Below, piece after piece: positions 12,736 through 23,700 of a stretch of 64,000 nucleotides of DNA. The first letter of the stretch is position 1. The number at the start of each line of letters is the position of its first letter. Under the pieces are notes generated by a model, which saw nothing but the letters and a program-made list of their open reading frames with translations, was not told the origin of the DNA and made no database searches. A program made the translations under genes and the position numbers. Source of the DNA: Mobula hypostoma (Eukaryota); the NCBI RefSeq assembly GCF_963921235.1, contig NC_086118.1:17300001-17364000 (forward strand), in the 5' to 3' direction.

Positions 12736-13303
12736 GGCATCCGTTAATCTTGCGAGACCATGAATCTGCGCCTGAAAAATCTCCAGGGCGCAGGCCTGGG
12801 CAAGGTTGTATGGAAGACCGGCAGTTGCCCATACAGCAAGTCTCCCCTCTCGACGTCACCGATGTAATCCAAGGGAAGGGCAAGGGCCGATACAGCTTGG
12901 CACCAGGGTCGTCACAGGAGTTGCCAGAATGAGGTTGAAGGCAATGTCGGACTGCCTTAGGGACTCCAGCTCCAGATTTGTCCTCAGGGTTTACTTCCGA
13001 AGCCTTTCCCATGAGTGGGTACGGCCACAAGGCAGCGGAGGTTTAGAATCAGAGTTTTCCCTCTCTTAGATGGACTGCCTTCCCTGGTTGACAAGCTCCA
13101 TCTACCCGAAGCACTGGCTTTAAGGTGCTAGGATCCACCTTCGCCCTTTCTCCTGCCAGTAGAAACAGTTCCACCAGGCTTAGAGGCTAAGCCACACGAG
13201 AAGGCCAGGAGTTGGACTTAGTTGTCAGAGGCTATTTGAGGTGCAATGTCGTGAGGAGCAACTTTAGCTAGTGGGAGCTTGTCCCCACTACCACTCCTCG
13301 GCT
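12736..13303 (-). mobile_element. Non-autonomous RTE-derived (bipartite) retroelement, ~570 bp
   Basis: Contains the RTE-5'UTR-like motif ggcagtccatctaagagagggaaaactctgattctaaacctcc; no RT ORF; second copy at 47313-48555. Confidence 0.65.
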
Positions 13304-13339
13304 GGACAAATTCCCAACAATTTGATCGAGATACTACCA

Positions 13340-13500
13340 TTTACTTATACACTAGAACAATGAACCGACTACACTGCATATCTTTGGGGTGTGGGAGGAA
13401 AGGAACAGGGAGAATCTGTAATCTCCACACACAGTAGCACCCAAGGTCAGCACTGAGCCCAGGGTTTTGGAAATGTGAGACAACTATGGTGCCAGCCAAA
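13340..13500 (-). mobile_element. V-SINE-like fragment
   Basis: gcatatctttggggtgtgggaggaaa...gggagaatctgtaatctccacacacag. Confidence 0.55.
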
Positions 13501-15659
13501 ACTATACCTTTAATATTATGCATTTTAATTTTACACATTATCTTGTATTTATCAAAGGTTTTCTGAAAATGCAAGGACACCAAATGATCAACAAAATTTC
13601 ATAAATGATATGATTTTCCCTGGCTAAGTCTTTCATTATCAATCATCCCCAAAGCAAATATAATGGTTACTTAATTTCTTTGCCATTTGGAGTCCTCACT
13701 GGTTCCTTGCTGTACTTAGTGTGTTCAGATTTCAGACATAATTCATTGGCTAGACATCGTAAAGAAGTGTACTGAAGATGCTACGTAGACTTGTATTCCT
13801 GGAGCACATCCTACGTAGTAAATGTTCCTGTTAGTTTTGTACCTTCAAAACATTAAACTAATTCAAAGCAAGACATGGAAGGGGGTCCTGATACACCACC
13901 CTTAGATTGGTCCACAACATTGTTTATCTGCTCATTGTTGTCAAGTGCATTGGAGCTGTTTTAAATGTTTCTAATAATTCTTAAAATATTTTTCAAATAT
14001 TAAAATAATAAACAAGTATGTCCCTAAAGCTGATTAAAGTGCTCAATCTTAATAAAACAGTAAAACAAAGAAACTTACACCACTTAACCAGCAATTATGT
14101 ACCGCTTTAACCAGTCAAGTGAATGGGGCTGCACGGCACACACCAGCCATTTTGAGCTGAGAGCCAGGTGAGACGTGAATCTCAACCCTCAGCTCAGGAC
14201 ACCTCTGCTCTGTCTGGGACCCAGTCCACTGGTGGCATGGGAGGTCGGATGTGCAGATCGTAATAGGTAGTTGGTACCTCACCAGCAGCCAAGAATGAAT
14301 ATATTTCAGCTCATTATTCTACATCAAAGTTCTATTAGAACAAAAAGGTATGAAAAGTATTTGGATTACATGGACTGATGTAATTCAGTTTTAAAGAATA
14401 TAATTTGCAGTGTCAAATTGTGCACTTTGTACAATCTGTGAATTTATTTCTATAGAGCAGAGGCTCCGATGATCAAAGGAGTGTGACGTTGCATGCTAAT
14501 GTCCAGTTGTTGCAATGCACGCTTGGATGCCCCTTCTAGGACTTTGGATTGTGTTTCCAGCACAGTGCTTTTAAAGATGGCCTTGGAAGAAACAGGAGAG
14601 GTTATACTGGAAAGGTACAGAGACTTGATAATTGAAGGCATGGCAGCCAGTGATTAAGTAAGCTGATGCCGGTGAGGCCAAGAACTGATGAGGCACAGAC
14701 CTCTCAGACAATTGTAGGACTGAGAGATGAGACCATGACGAGCTTCGAAAACACCAATGAGAAATTCAAACTGAAAGCATTGTTCAAACCAGAAGCTGGC
14801 AAGTACCAGCAAGTGACAGCTCATTGGATTAGGATGCGAGTTGAGGCACAGAAAGGATAGTACTGGATGATATTAAGTTTACATAGAAGTACAGCAAGTG
14901 CATTGCAATAGGTTTCTAGAACAAGCAATTTTTTTTTCTCATTCAGTGAGATTTAGTGGTTTTGCTATTGTAGTGACATACTGCAGACATTATTGAAGTA
15001 CCAGGTGATTATAGTCATGCACATATGTTATGCTATGATATTTCATGCCAGAAATTAGAGCTGTGAAAATCGCCACAGCTGGAAATGTCAGTGAAGTTAC
15101 TGAATTTATTTAAATTATACACAGGGGACAGGAGGATTTGGTAGAGGCCAGGTCTGAAGCAGAGCACATTGATAAAAATAATGAAAACAATGTCAACAGG
15201 TTTTGCTAGTCTGTCTTTCAGCAGGGTCTGTTCGCTGTCTGGGCCTACCACCAAGATACCAAGATACACTGTTGAAACATGGCCATATATACCCCTAGGG
15301 CTTCAGTAGTAATGAGGTACAGATGCTCTTGCATTTAGCAATGACCTATTTTGTTGTTTAAGTGATTTTATATCCAGCAGGGTCCTTCAGCGCAGAGTAC
15401 TTGTGAGGGACGTAGTGCAAAGTGAATCTGGAAGCAAAATGCTCATTCTAACATTCTGTATTAAAATGTCCTCTGGAATATTTTGCCATAATTATTTGAA
15501 AAACATTGAATAAAAGCTCACTATGTTTCAGAAAACAAAATGAACAAACAAGAAAGTGATGTTTTCTGCTAGGCTTTGATTCATCCCTATTTGATATTTA
15601 GAGTCACCTGGAGATCAGCATCAAAATGGGCCTGCAGATGCTGGTACCTTCTTAATACC

Positions 15660-16020
15660 TAGCTCTGGTGCACCTCCTCCTTTTCTTTTGTCTATGGTCT
15701 TCTGTCCTCTTGTATCAGATTCCCCCTTCTCCAGCCCTGTATCTCATTCACCAATCAACTTCCCAGCTCCTTACTTCACCCTCCCTGTCCCGGTTTCACC
15801 AATCACCCTGTGTTTCTTTCTCCCCCCCCCCCCCCCCCCGACAACTGACATTTCTTTCTCCAACTCCTCATCTTATTTTCCAGTCACGATGAAGAGTCTT
15901 GGCCTGAAATGTCAACCGTTTACTCTTTTCCATAGGTGCTGCCTGGCCTGCTGAGCTCCTCCAGCATTTTGTGTGTGTTGCTTGGATTTCCAGCATCTGC
16001 AGATTTTCTCTTGCTTGTGT
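15660..16020 (+). mobile_element. Penelope-like element 3' fragment
   Basis: Pyrimidine-rich tract, degenerate hammerhead (cagtcacgatgaagagtcttggcctgaaatgtcaac) and terminus gctgcctggcctgctgagctcctccagcattttgtgtgtg...ccagcatctgcag. Confidence 0.8.
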
Positions 16021-16279
16021 CTGGAGCAAACTGCTGAGTTCCTTGGTTAAACACATTGTGTTTTTTTCTCATCAACGCTCCCCCAATTCTACCACTCATC
16101 ACATCCCAGGGACAATTTGAAGTGGCCAAATAACCTACTAATCTGTTAATTAATATTTGATTCATAATTAATTGATTAAATGTAACCTGTACTATGAATA
16201 AAGTTTTAATGATTGGTGATATTACAATCCCTCAGGCATCAATTGCTGATGTTTCAATAATAGCTGAATCCATGAGGAT

Positions 16280-16965
16280 TCTACTCCTCATTGAGGGATC
16301 AGAAGTGGAATGGGTGAGCAGTTCTAGGTTTCTGAGTTTCAACATCTCTGAGGATCTAACCTGAACCCAACATATCGATGCAGCAACAAAGAAGGCACAA
16401 CAGCGTGCCTTCATTAGGAATGTGAGGAGATTTGGCATGTCCCCAAAGACACTCATAAGTTTCTACAGATATACTATGGAGAGCATTCTAACTGGCTGCA
16501 TCACTGCCTGGTATGAGGGGACAACTACACAGGATCAAAATAAGCTGCAGAGAGTTGTAAACTTAGTCAACTCCATCATGGGCACCAGCCTCCATAGTAT
16601 CCTGGACATCTTCAAGGAGCGATGCTGCAAAAAGGCGGAATCCATCATTAAGGACTCCAATCACCCAGGACATGCCCTCTTCTCATTGGTACTATCAGGG
16701 AGGAGGTGCAGGAGCCTGAAGGCACACACTCAATATTTCAGGAACAGCTTCTTCCCCTCCGTCATCCGATTTCTGAATGGACATTGAACCAAAAGCACTA
16801 CCTCATGACTTTTTTTTGCACTACTTGTTTAACTTAACTATTATATATATATTTACTATAATTCACAGATTTTTCCTCTATTATTATGCATTGCATTGTA
16901 CTGCTGCCGCAAACACAACAAATTTCATGAATTATGCCGGTGGTATTAAACCTGAGTCTGATTCT
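16280..16965 (+). mobile_element. Rex1/Babar-like LINE 3' fragment
   Basis: ORF 16422-16787 FYRYTMESILTGCITAWY...SIIKDSNHPGHALFSLVLSGRR...FRNSFFPSVIRFLNGH; tail ctgagtctgattctg. Confidence 0.85.
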
Positions 16966-18282
16966 GCTTTGTCTTTTTTTTACAATGCTGTTCAATGTTC
17001 CAAGATAAAGATGAACAGTGGGAGAAAAGTCGCAAGAGGCTTGGCCTTGTTTAGTTAGTGCACTTGGTTATTCTTTTATGATAAGCAACTCTCGAATAGA
17101 ACTCCAATGGCTTTTACTCAGGATCTGCTAACATGTTCTCTATTAATTCTGTGAGTCGATCAACTGCATGTTTTTGTCATGCACTGGCTATTACACTGGG
17201 TTCAGGAAACAGCTGCACCCGTGAATGCAGAACATATTTCACCATTTACTCATTTTGCTTTGCAAATTTCTTAACTATTGTCATGAGAGAGCAATTGTAT
17301 ACCAGGTAGCACAAGTCAGAAATCTGTTTTTTATTAATAGGTTCACAATTTAATAAGTTAATACTCATTGGGGAAACTTTCCTGACAATATTATTTCTAA
17401 TTATTCTCTTAGGTCACCTAACTCTCCACTGGTTCTACTCTGAATTATATATGTAAGGATATATTTTATGAATTTTGTCCTCCCAGAATGGAGCTTGGTG
17501 AGCTGCTAGAATCTATTAGGAAATCGTGATGCACAGCACCTGCAAGGCTAAAATTTTTGTGAATTTTACTGCACCAGAACCGAACCTCAAAAGCACCTTC
17601 CTTCCCTTTTATGTATAATGTTTCCATTTGTTCACTGTTTGTTCTAAATACCTTAGCAATGAGCAAATGATAATTAGTTAAATCTCAAGGGAAAGTTGTT
17701 ACAGCAGCTGTTCATATCGTAAAGTATGTTCAAGACTCACCAAGTGATCAAAACCAAAATATCTGAACATGCGCGGCAAAATAGCAGTGCAGTGGTAGGC
17801 TTTATTGCTTGAGTCTTTGCGTTAACAACAGTCAGTTCGAATCTCCACAATCCTGACAAATTTAAACCCATCATCAGTGATGCCAATAATGCTTTGTTTT
17901 AAAACATACTGTACTTCGACATATACCTTTTACTGAAAATAGCCTATCTGTCCAAACTGATTTTAAGCCGTTTCCATTGCCGGGCATAAATATCTCTCCT
18001 AATAATTCATTGATGCACATTTAGTTAATTGTAATACCATACCAGAGAATATTCCAGAATATTTTTTAAAAGACTTGGAACTCGATGCTGATGCATTACC
18101 ATTTATCTCCTCATCTTAATTATCTTGTTGCTCTTCAATAAAAATTGGAAGAAGGAGGAACTCTCAAACATTATAGTTTCCCTACGATTTAATTCATAAG
18201 ACTTATCAGCAGCATCCTGCAATGGCTCTTCACCTTATATTAATGTCAACTAAACTTTAAAAAAAATGAAAGATGAAAGGTA

Positions 18283-18798
18283 ACACATGGAAAATGATGA
18301 AGGAACTCAGCACTTTAGGCAGAATCTATAAAAATGAATTGGGTCAATGTTTTGGGTCGAGACTCTTCTTCGGGGCTGAGAAGGAGAGTGAAGATGCCGG
18401 AATAAAAAGGTGAGTGAAGAGGAAAGAGACTCACTGGGAAGTAGTATATGAAGTCAGGTAGGTGGGAAAGGTCAAGGGCAGAAGAAGAAAGAATCTGAGA
18501 GGAGAGAAGAGTGGACCTTAAGAGAAAAGGAAGGAGGAGGGGACCCAGGAGGAAGAAATAGGCAGGTGAGAAGAGATCAGAATGGGGAATAGAGGAAGGT
18601 GGGAAGGAGGAATTTGTTTATTGAAAGAAGAAATCAATATTCATGCCATCAGGTTGGAGGCTACTCAGATGGAATATAAGGTGTTGCTCCTCCACCTAGA
18701 GGGAGATCCCATCATGTATAAAGGGTCTTCAACGTGAAATGTTAAATCTGTTTCTGTTCCCACAGATGCTGAACTTTCCCAACGTGTTCTGCTTTTAT
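18283..18798 (-). mobile_element. Penelope-like 3' fragment (minus, ~18283-18700) with an abutting inverted terminal piece (plus, ~18715-18798)
   Basis: Minus part includes gaaatcaatattcatgccatcaggttggaggctac (GIY-YIG C-terminus); plus part is aagggtcttcaacgtgaaatgtt...acagatgctg. Confidence 0.7.
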
Positions 18799-18947
18799 TG
18801 CATGTGAACAACTCTTGAATTTTCCTTGATGAAGTGAGACCCATTTATGTAAAATCTCTTTAATATAAACTTTCTGAGCCTTGTTTTAATCGCAGCTCTG
18901 AGAGCAAAATTACATTGACTGGGTCTGGTAAACCATATATATATATA

Positions 18948-19162
18948 TGTTGTAACTGGGTTACCTGTCTGGACACGCCCCTCCGCTGACTGCTCCTGTG
19001 GCTCCTCCCACAGACCTCTGAATAAAGGCGATTGCGCCATTGCTCCTCCTTCTCAGTCCAGGGGCAGATACTCAGCATGATGGAGGTCACATTTTAACGC
19101 GAATAAAAGCCTTTCAGTATTTACTCTACTTCCAGTCTTTTGGAGTTACTGATGGTGCGTCA
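18948..19162 (+). mobile_element. Probable solo LTR (~215 bp)
   Basis: TG...CA termini (tgttgtaac...gtgcgtca), AATAAA motifs, GC-richer than flanks; no clean TSD seen. Confidence 0.55.
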
Positions 19163-19399
19163 CTGGGTTAAAACTTCAACATGGTATACCTATCATTAAA
19201 AATTATTCCTACTGGAAAAGTAGAAAGCTTAAACATATCAGCTGGAGGTTGCAGTGAGTGTGCAGTGGCCTACCTGTGAGAAGACAGGAAGCAGTGAGCA
19301 GTGAATGGTAAATTGAGGAGGAAGTTGTGGTTTTGTTTATCGTCTGTGGCAGTAACATGGGAAGAGGAATTTGAGAAGATGATATCATCTCAAGTCCCA

Positions 19400-19475
19400 C
19401 TGGGGAGGGTCCACGGACCCCTCGGTTAATGGTATGGGTAAGGCTCCATGGCATAGAAAAGGTTGGAACCCCTGC
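19400..19475. mobile_element. hAT-type MITE end remnant
   Basis: gggtccacggacccc...aaaaggttggaacccctg ends like the hAT TIR at 50901-50915. Confidence 0.5.
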
Positions 19476-19599
19476 TTTAAATTTAGGAACTAGGACCCAG
19501 AGTAGGAGTATTGAGTCGGTGAGGAACAGACACATATAGAAAAAAAAATTAAAGTAAGTTTAGTACACAGAGCTTTTAGAGAATTTGTCAGGCACATGG

Positions 19600-21060
19600 C
19601 ATGAACTAAAGGCTGGATTTAATGTTAAAAAGTCCGACAAGTGAAGCATATTAACCGAGGCTGCTGATTAACATATGGGAACATGGTGTTGTTGTTATTA
19701 TGGAGTTATAGTTGAAAGATGGGCAGGTGGTGCAATAGCTTATGGCCATAATGTGTGCAAATCTAAAAGAAGAGGTGAAATTGCAACACTCAGCAAGGAG
19801 TCCATCAGTGCAAGGAAGAATATGAACATTCTGGAAAGTTCTTCAATTCAGGACCTATGGTGGAACTTAGATATAAACAGATGGAAATAACTCTTGTAGG
19901 TAAGACCACAGGACTCTAAGGCAAAGGAGCAGAATTAGGCCATTCAGCCTATTGAGTCTACTGGGTGACTTATTATCTCCCTCAGCCCCATTCTCCTGCC
20001 TTCTCCTTGTAAACTTTGAAGCCCTGTCTAATCAAGAACGTATTAACCTCTGCTTTAAATGCACTCAGTAACTTGGCCTCCACTGCCGTCTGTGGCAATG
20101 AGTTCCTCAGATTCATTACCCTCAGGCGAAAGGAATTCCTCCTCAACTCTGCTCTAAATCGACGTCCCTCTATTCTGAGGCTGTGTCCTCTGCTCTTGGA
20201 CTTGTCCACTACGGAAGCATCCTCCCCATATTCACTTTATCTAGGCCTTTCAATATTTGATAGGTTTCAGTGAGACCCCTCCTCATTCTGCTGTACAGAA
20301 GAACGTACAATTGGCCTCCAAGCCGTCAATGGGAGAGTTCGAAGGCAAATCACAGAAAAGCGAAAATAAGAACATTACAGGGTTTCAGCTTCCACAGTTT
20401 TATTGAAATTGCCTTGGTGTGAAAGGATTGGAGGGTGCAACAATTTTTAAAGTGCACCCTGGAGAGAATTTTGTCCCAGTACGTTATTGGTCCTACTCAA
20501 GAAAGGTTAGTATTGGACTTAATCTATGATAATGTTGCTGGGCATACAGTTGAAATGTGAGTGGAATTGAATTTTGGAGGTTATGACTGTAATTCTGCAA
20601 TGTTTAAGATTGTTATGATAGACTATAAATTAAGGTCCTGAATAATGCTGACCTTAAAAGTGATAAAGCAAGGGATCTGCCTTAAGTATATTGGAAGAAA
20701 GAAGCATGTGATCAGCACAAGTCATTCAAAAGCAAACTGATGAAAATTCAATTGATTACAAAGGCATTTAGGATATTTGCACTCATTAGATGGGGCATAT
20801 AATATAAAAGAAGGTCCATGTTTTTTTTTTAATCATTGATTGGAAAGTACACAGAGGAGTTTCACCAGGCTGTGGTCTGGGATAGAGATAATGGACAAAT
20901 GGTTTGTTTCCTTGAAACAAGGAAGGCTGAAGGTATATCTAACAGAAAGATTAAAAAATTTGTAATGGGGGCATATTGGGTGGAGGGCAAGAAACATTTC
21001 TTTTTACAAAGTTGTCCATCATGAATTTAAGAGATGTAGAGGGGATTTGAGGTAGGGTGT
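19600..21060 (+). mobile_element. Old CR1 LINE remnants (endonuclease to 3' region), interrupted by a younger inverted CR1 at 19903-20295
   Basis: Diverged CR1-like coding remnants on both sides of the insertion. Confidence 0.5.
19903..20295 (-). mobile_element. CR1 LINE 3' fragment
   Basis: ORF 19982-20209 SRGHSLRIEGRRFRAELRRNSF..RVMNLRNSLPQTAVEA. Confidence 0.85.
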
Positions 21061-21139
21061 CTTCTTTTTTGCACATGAACACGCCATTAAACCCCAAGAT
21101 TGATGATAGTATTCTGCTGTATGTACTGTAATCTGATGC

Positions 21140-21960
21140 TTAAGACCCTAAGACCATAAGTTATTGGAGCAGAAGTAGGCCAGTCAGCCCATCGAGTCTG
21201 CTCTGCCATTCAGTCATGGGCCGATCCCTGCCTTCTCCCCATACTCTTTGATGCCTGACTAATCAAGAACCTATCTATCACTGCCTTAAGTGTACCCAAT
21301 AACTTGGCAACAAATTTCATAGATTTACCACCCTCCGACTAAAGTAATTTTTCCGCATCTCTGTTCTAAATGGATGTCCTTCAATCCTAAAGTTGTGCCC
21401 TCTTGTCCTAGGCTCACCTACCATGGGAAATAACTTTGCCATATCTAATCTATTTAGACCTTTTAACATTCGGAATGTTTCTATGAGATCCCCCCTCATT
21501 CTCCTGAGCTCCAGAGAAGACAACCCAAGAGCTGCCATACAGTACTGTTCCTCATACAGTAATCCTTTCATTCCTGGAATCATTCTTGTGAATCTCTCTG
21601 AACCCTCTCCAACGTCAGTATATCCTTTCTAAAATAAGGAGCCCAAAACTGCACACAATACTCCAAGTGTGGTCTCACAGTGCCTTATAGAGCCTCAACA
21701 TCACATCCCTGCTCTTATTTTCTATACCTCTAGAAATGAATGCCAACATTGCATTCGCCTTCTTCACCGCTGACTCAACATAGAGGTTAACCTTTAGGGT
21801 ATCCTACACAGGGACTCTCAAGTCCCTTTGCATCTCTGCAGTTTGAATTCTCTCCCCATCTAAATAATAGTCTGCCCGTTTATTTCTCCCCCAAGGTGCA
21901 TGACCATGCACTTTCCAACATTGTATTTCATTTGCTGCTTGTTTGCTCATTCCCCTAAAC
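21140..21960 (-). mobile_element. CR1 LINE 3' fragment (RT C-terminal region to tail)
   Basis: ORF 21317-21583 LGLSSLELRRMRGDLIETFRMLKG...RTRGHNFRI.GHPFRTEMRKNYFSRRVVNL; (TCTTATGG)-like tail. Confidence 0.9.
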
Positions 21961-22130
21961 CCTAGCATAGCTTAACACTTTCCCTATCATTCCCTTACAC
22001 CTACGTATTTGTACAAATCATCTCAATTGTTGCTTGTGTTATGAATGTAATCAAACTTTAAGGATTTAGATGATTCTTTCATATGGGCGTGTGCATGATG
22101 AGACAACAAAGAGATGAAACAGTGCATCTT

Positions 22131-23700
22131 CAAAGTTCAAAGTTCAAAGTGAATTTTATTATCAAAGTGCCTATATGTCATCATATATAACCCTGGGATT
22201 CGTTTTCCTGTGGGCATACTCAGCAAATCTGTGGAATAGTAACTAAAACAGGATGAATGAAAGATCAACCAGAGTGTAGAAGGCAGCAAACTGTGCAAAC
22301 ACAAAGATTAGATTAGATTAGATTATGAGGACATTCAGTCCTCGTTCATTGTCATTTAGAAATGCATGCATGTACTAAGAAATAATACAATGTTCCTCCA
22401 GAGTGATATCACAAATAAAACAGGACAAACCAAGGACTAACACTGACAAGACCACATAATTATAACATATAGTTACAGCAGTGCAAAGCAATACCATAAT
22501 TTGATAAAGAGCAGACCATGGGAACAGTAAATAAAAGTCTCAAAGTTCCGATCGACTCCCGATAGTCCCCAACAGCAGGTGGCAGGAGGGAGAAACTCTC
22601 TCTGCCATAAACCTCCAGGCACCAACAACTGTTGATGCATTGGAAGCACCCGACCACAGCCGACTCTGAGTCCATCCGAAAACTTCGAGACTCCAACCAG
22701 CCCTTCGACGCCGAGCACTGAGCACCATCTCTGCTGAGCGCTTCGACTCCGTCCCGGCCACCGAGCAGCAAGCAAAGCCGAGGACCCAGGACCTTCCCCC
22801 CCCCCCGGAGATTCTGGATCACACAGTAACAGTGGCAGCGAGAAAGGCATTTCAGAAGTTTCTCCAGATGTTCCTCCGTTCTCTCACATCTGTCTCCATC
22901 AAATCAGGATTGTGCACAGCACCCTACTTGACAGTTTACAGGTATCATTCACCGGAGCAGCCACACGAGCTGCATCGCGCCGCCATCTTCTCCTCCTCCT
23001 GTTATATAACAATATATAATGAGGTGAGATAACAACATAAAGAGTCCTTAAAGTGAGATCATTGGTTGTGGGAACATCTCAATGGATGGACAAGTGAGTG
23101 TAGTTATCCCCTTTTGTTCAAGAGCCCGAAGGTTGTGGGGTAGTTTTCCTGAACCTGGTGGTGTGAATCCTAAGGCTCTCATACCTTCTACCTGATGGCA
23201 GCGATGAGAAAAGAGCAAGGAATGGCTGGTGGGGATCTCTGCTGATGGATGCTGCTTTCCTACAAAAGTAGATGTGCTCAATGGTTGGGAGGGCTTTAGA
23301 TGTGTTGTACTGGGCCGAATCCATTATCTTTTGCGGGATTTTCCGTTCAAATTCATTGGTATTTCAATACCAGGCTAAGATGCAGCCAGTCAATACGCTC
23401 TCCACTGCATACCTAAAGAAGGTTGTCAGAGTTGTAGATGTCATGCTGAATCTCCACAGGCTTCAAAGGAGGTAGAGGTGCTGCCGTGGTTTCTTTGCAA
23501 TTGCACTTACGTGCTGAATCCAGGACAGATCCTCTGAAATAGTGACACCCAGGAATTAAAAGTTGCTAACCCTCTTCACTTCTGATCCTCCAATGAGGAC
23601 CTCTGCTTTTCCTCTCCTGATATCTACAATCAATTCCTTTGTCTTGCTGACATTGAACGAGACGTTGCTGTAATGATACCAAACAGACAAATATTCAATC
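22131..23700 (-). mobile_element. Rex1/Babar-like LINE 3' fragment, split by an insertion at 22305-23000
   Basis: ORF 23118-23324 ...RKAASISRDPHQPFLALFSSLPSGRRYESLRIHTTRF; the two 3'UTR halves are collinear with 1912-2400. Confidence 0.8.
22305..23000 (-). mobile_element. ~700-bp non-autonomous LINE-derived element (AAGATGGCG head, 3' stem-loop, (AATCT)n tail)
   Basis: Highly similar over its full length to 47633-48333; starts GGAGGAGAAGATGGCGGCG; ends GAGGAC-TGAAT-GTCCTC then ATAATCTAATCT. Confidence 0.8.

Noticed and set aside
14077..14160. Minus-strand exon-like segment with a gtaagt donor
   Set aside because: Stop codons in all three frames
17770..17860. tRNA-like A/B boxes (tagcagtgcagtgg...gttcgaatc)
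   Set aside because: No cloverleaf can be formed; at most a decayed SINE head
22460..22850. 120-125-aa ORFs here (and similar ORFs at 47570-48088) as proteins of the 700-bp element
   Set aside because: Frames and ends are not preserved between the two copies; a GC-rich artefact
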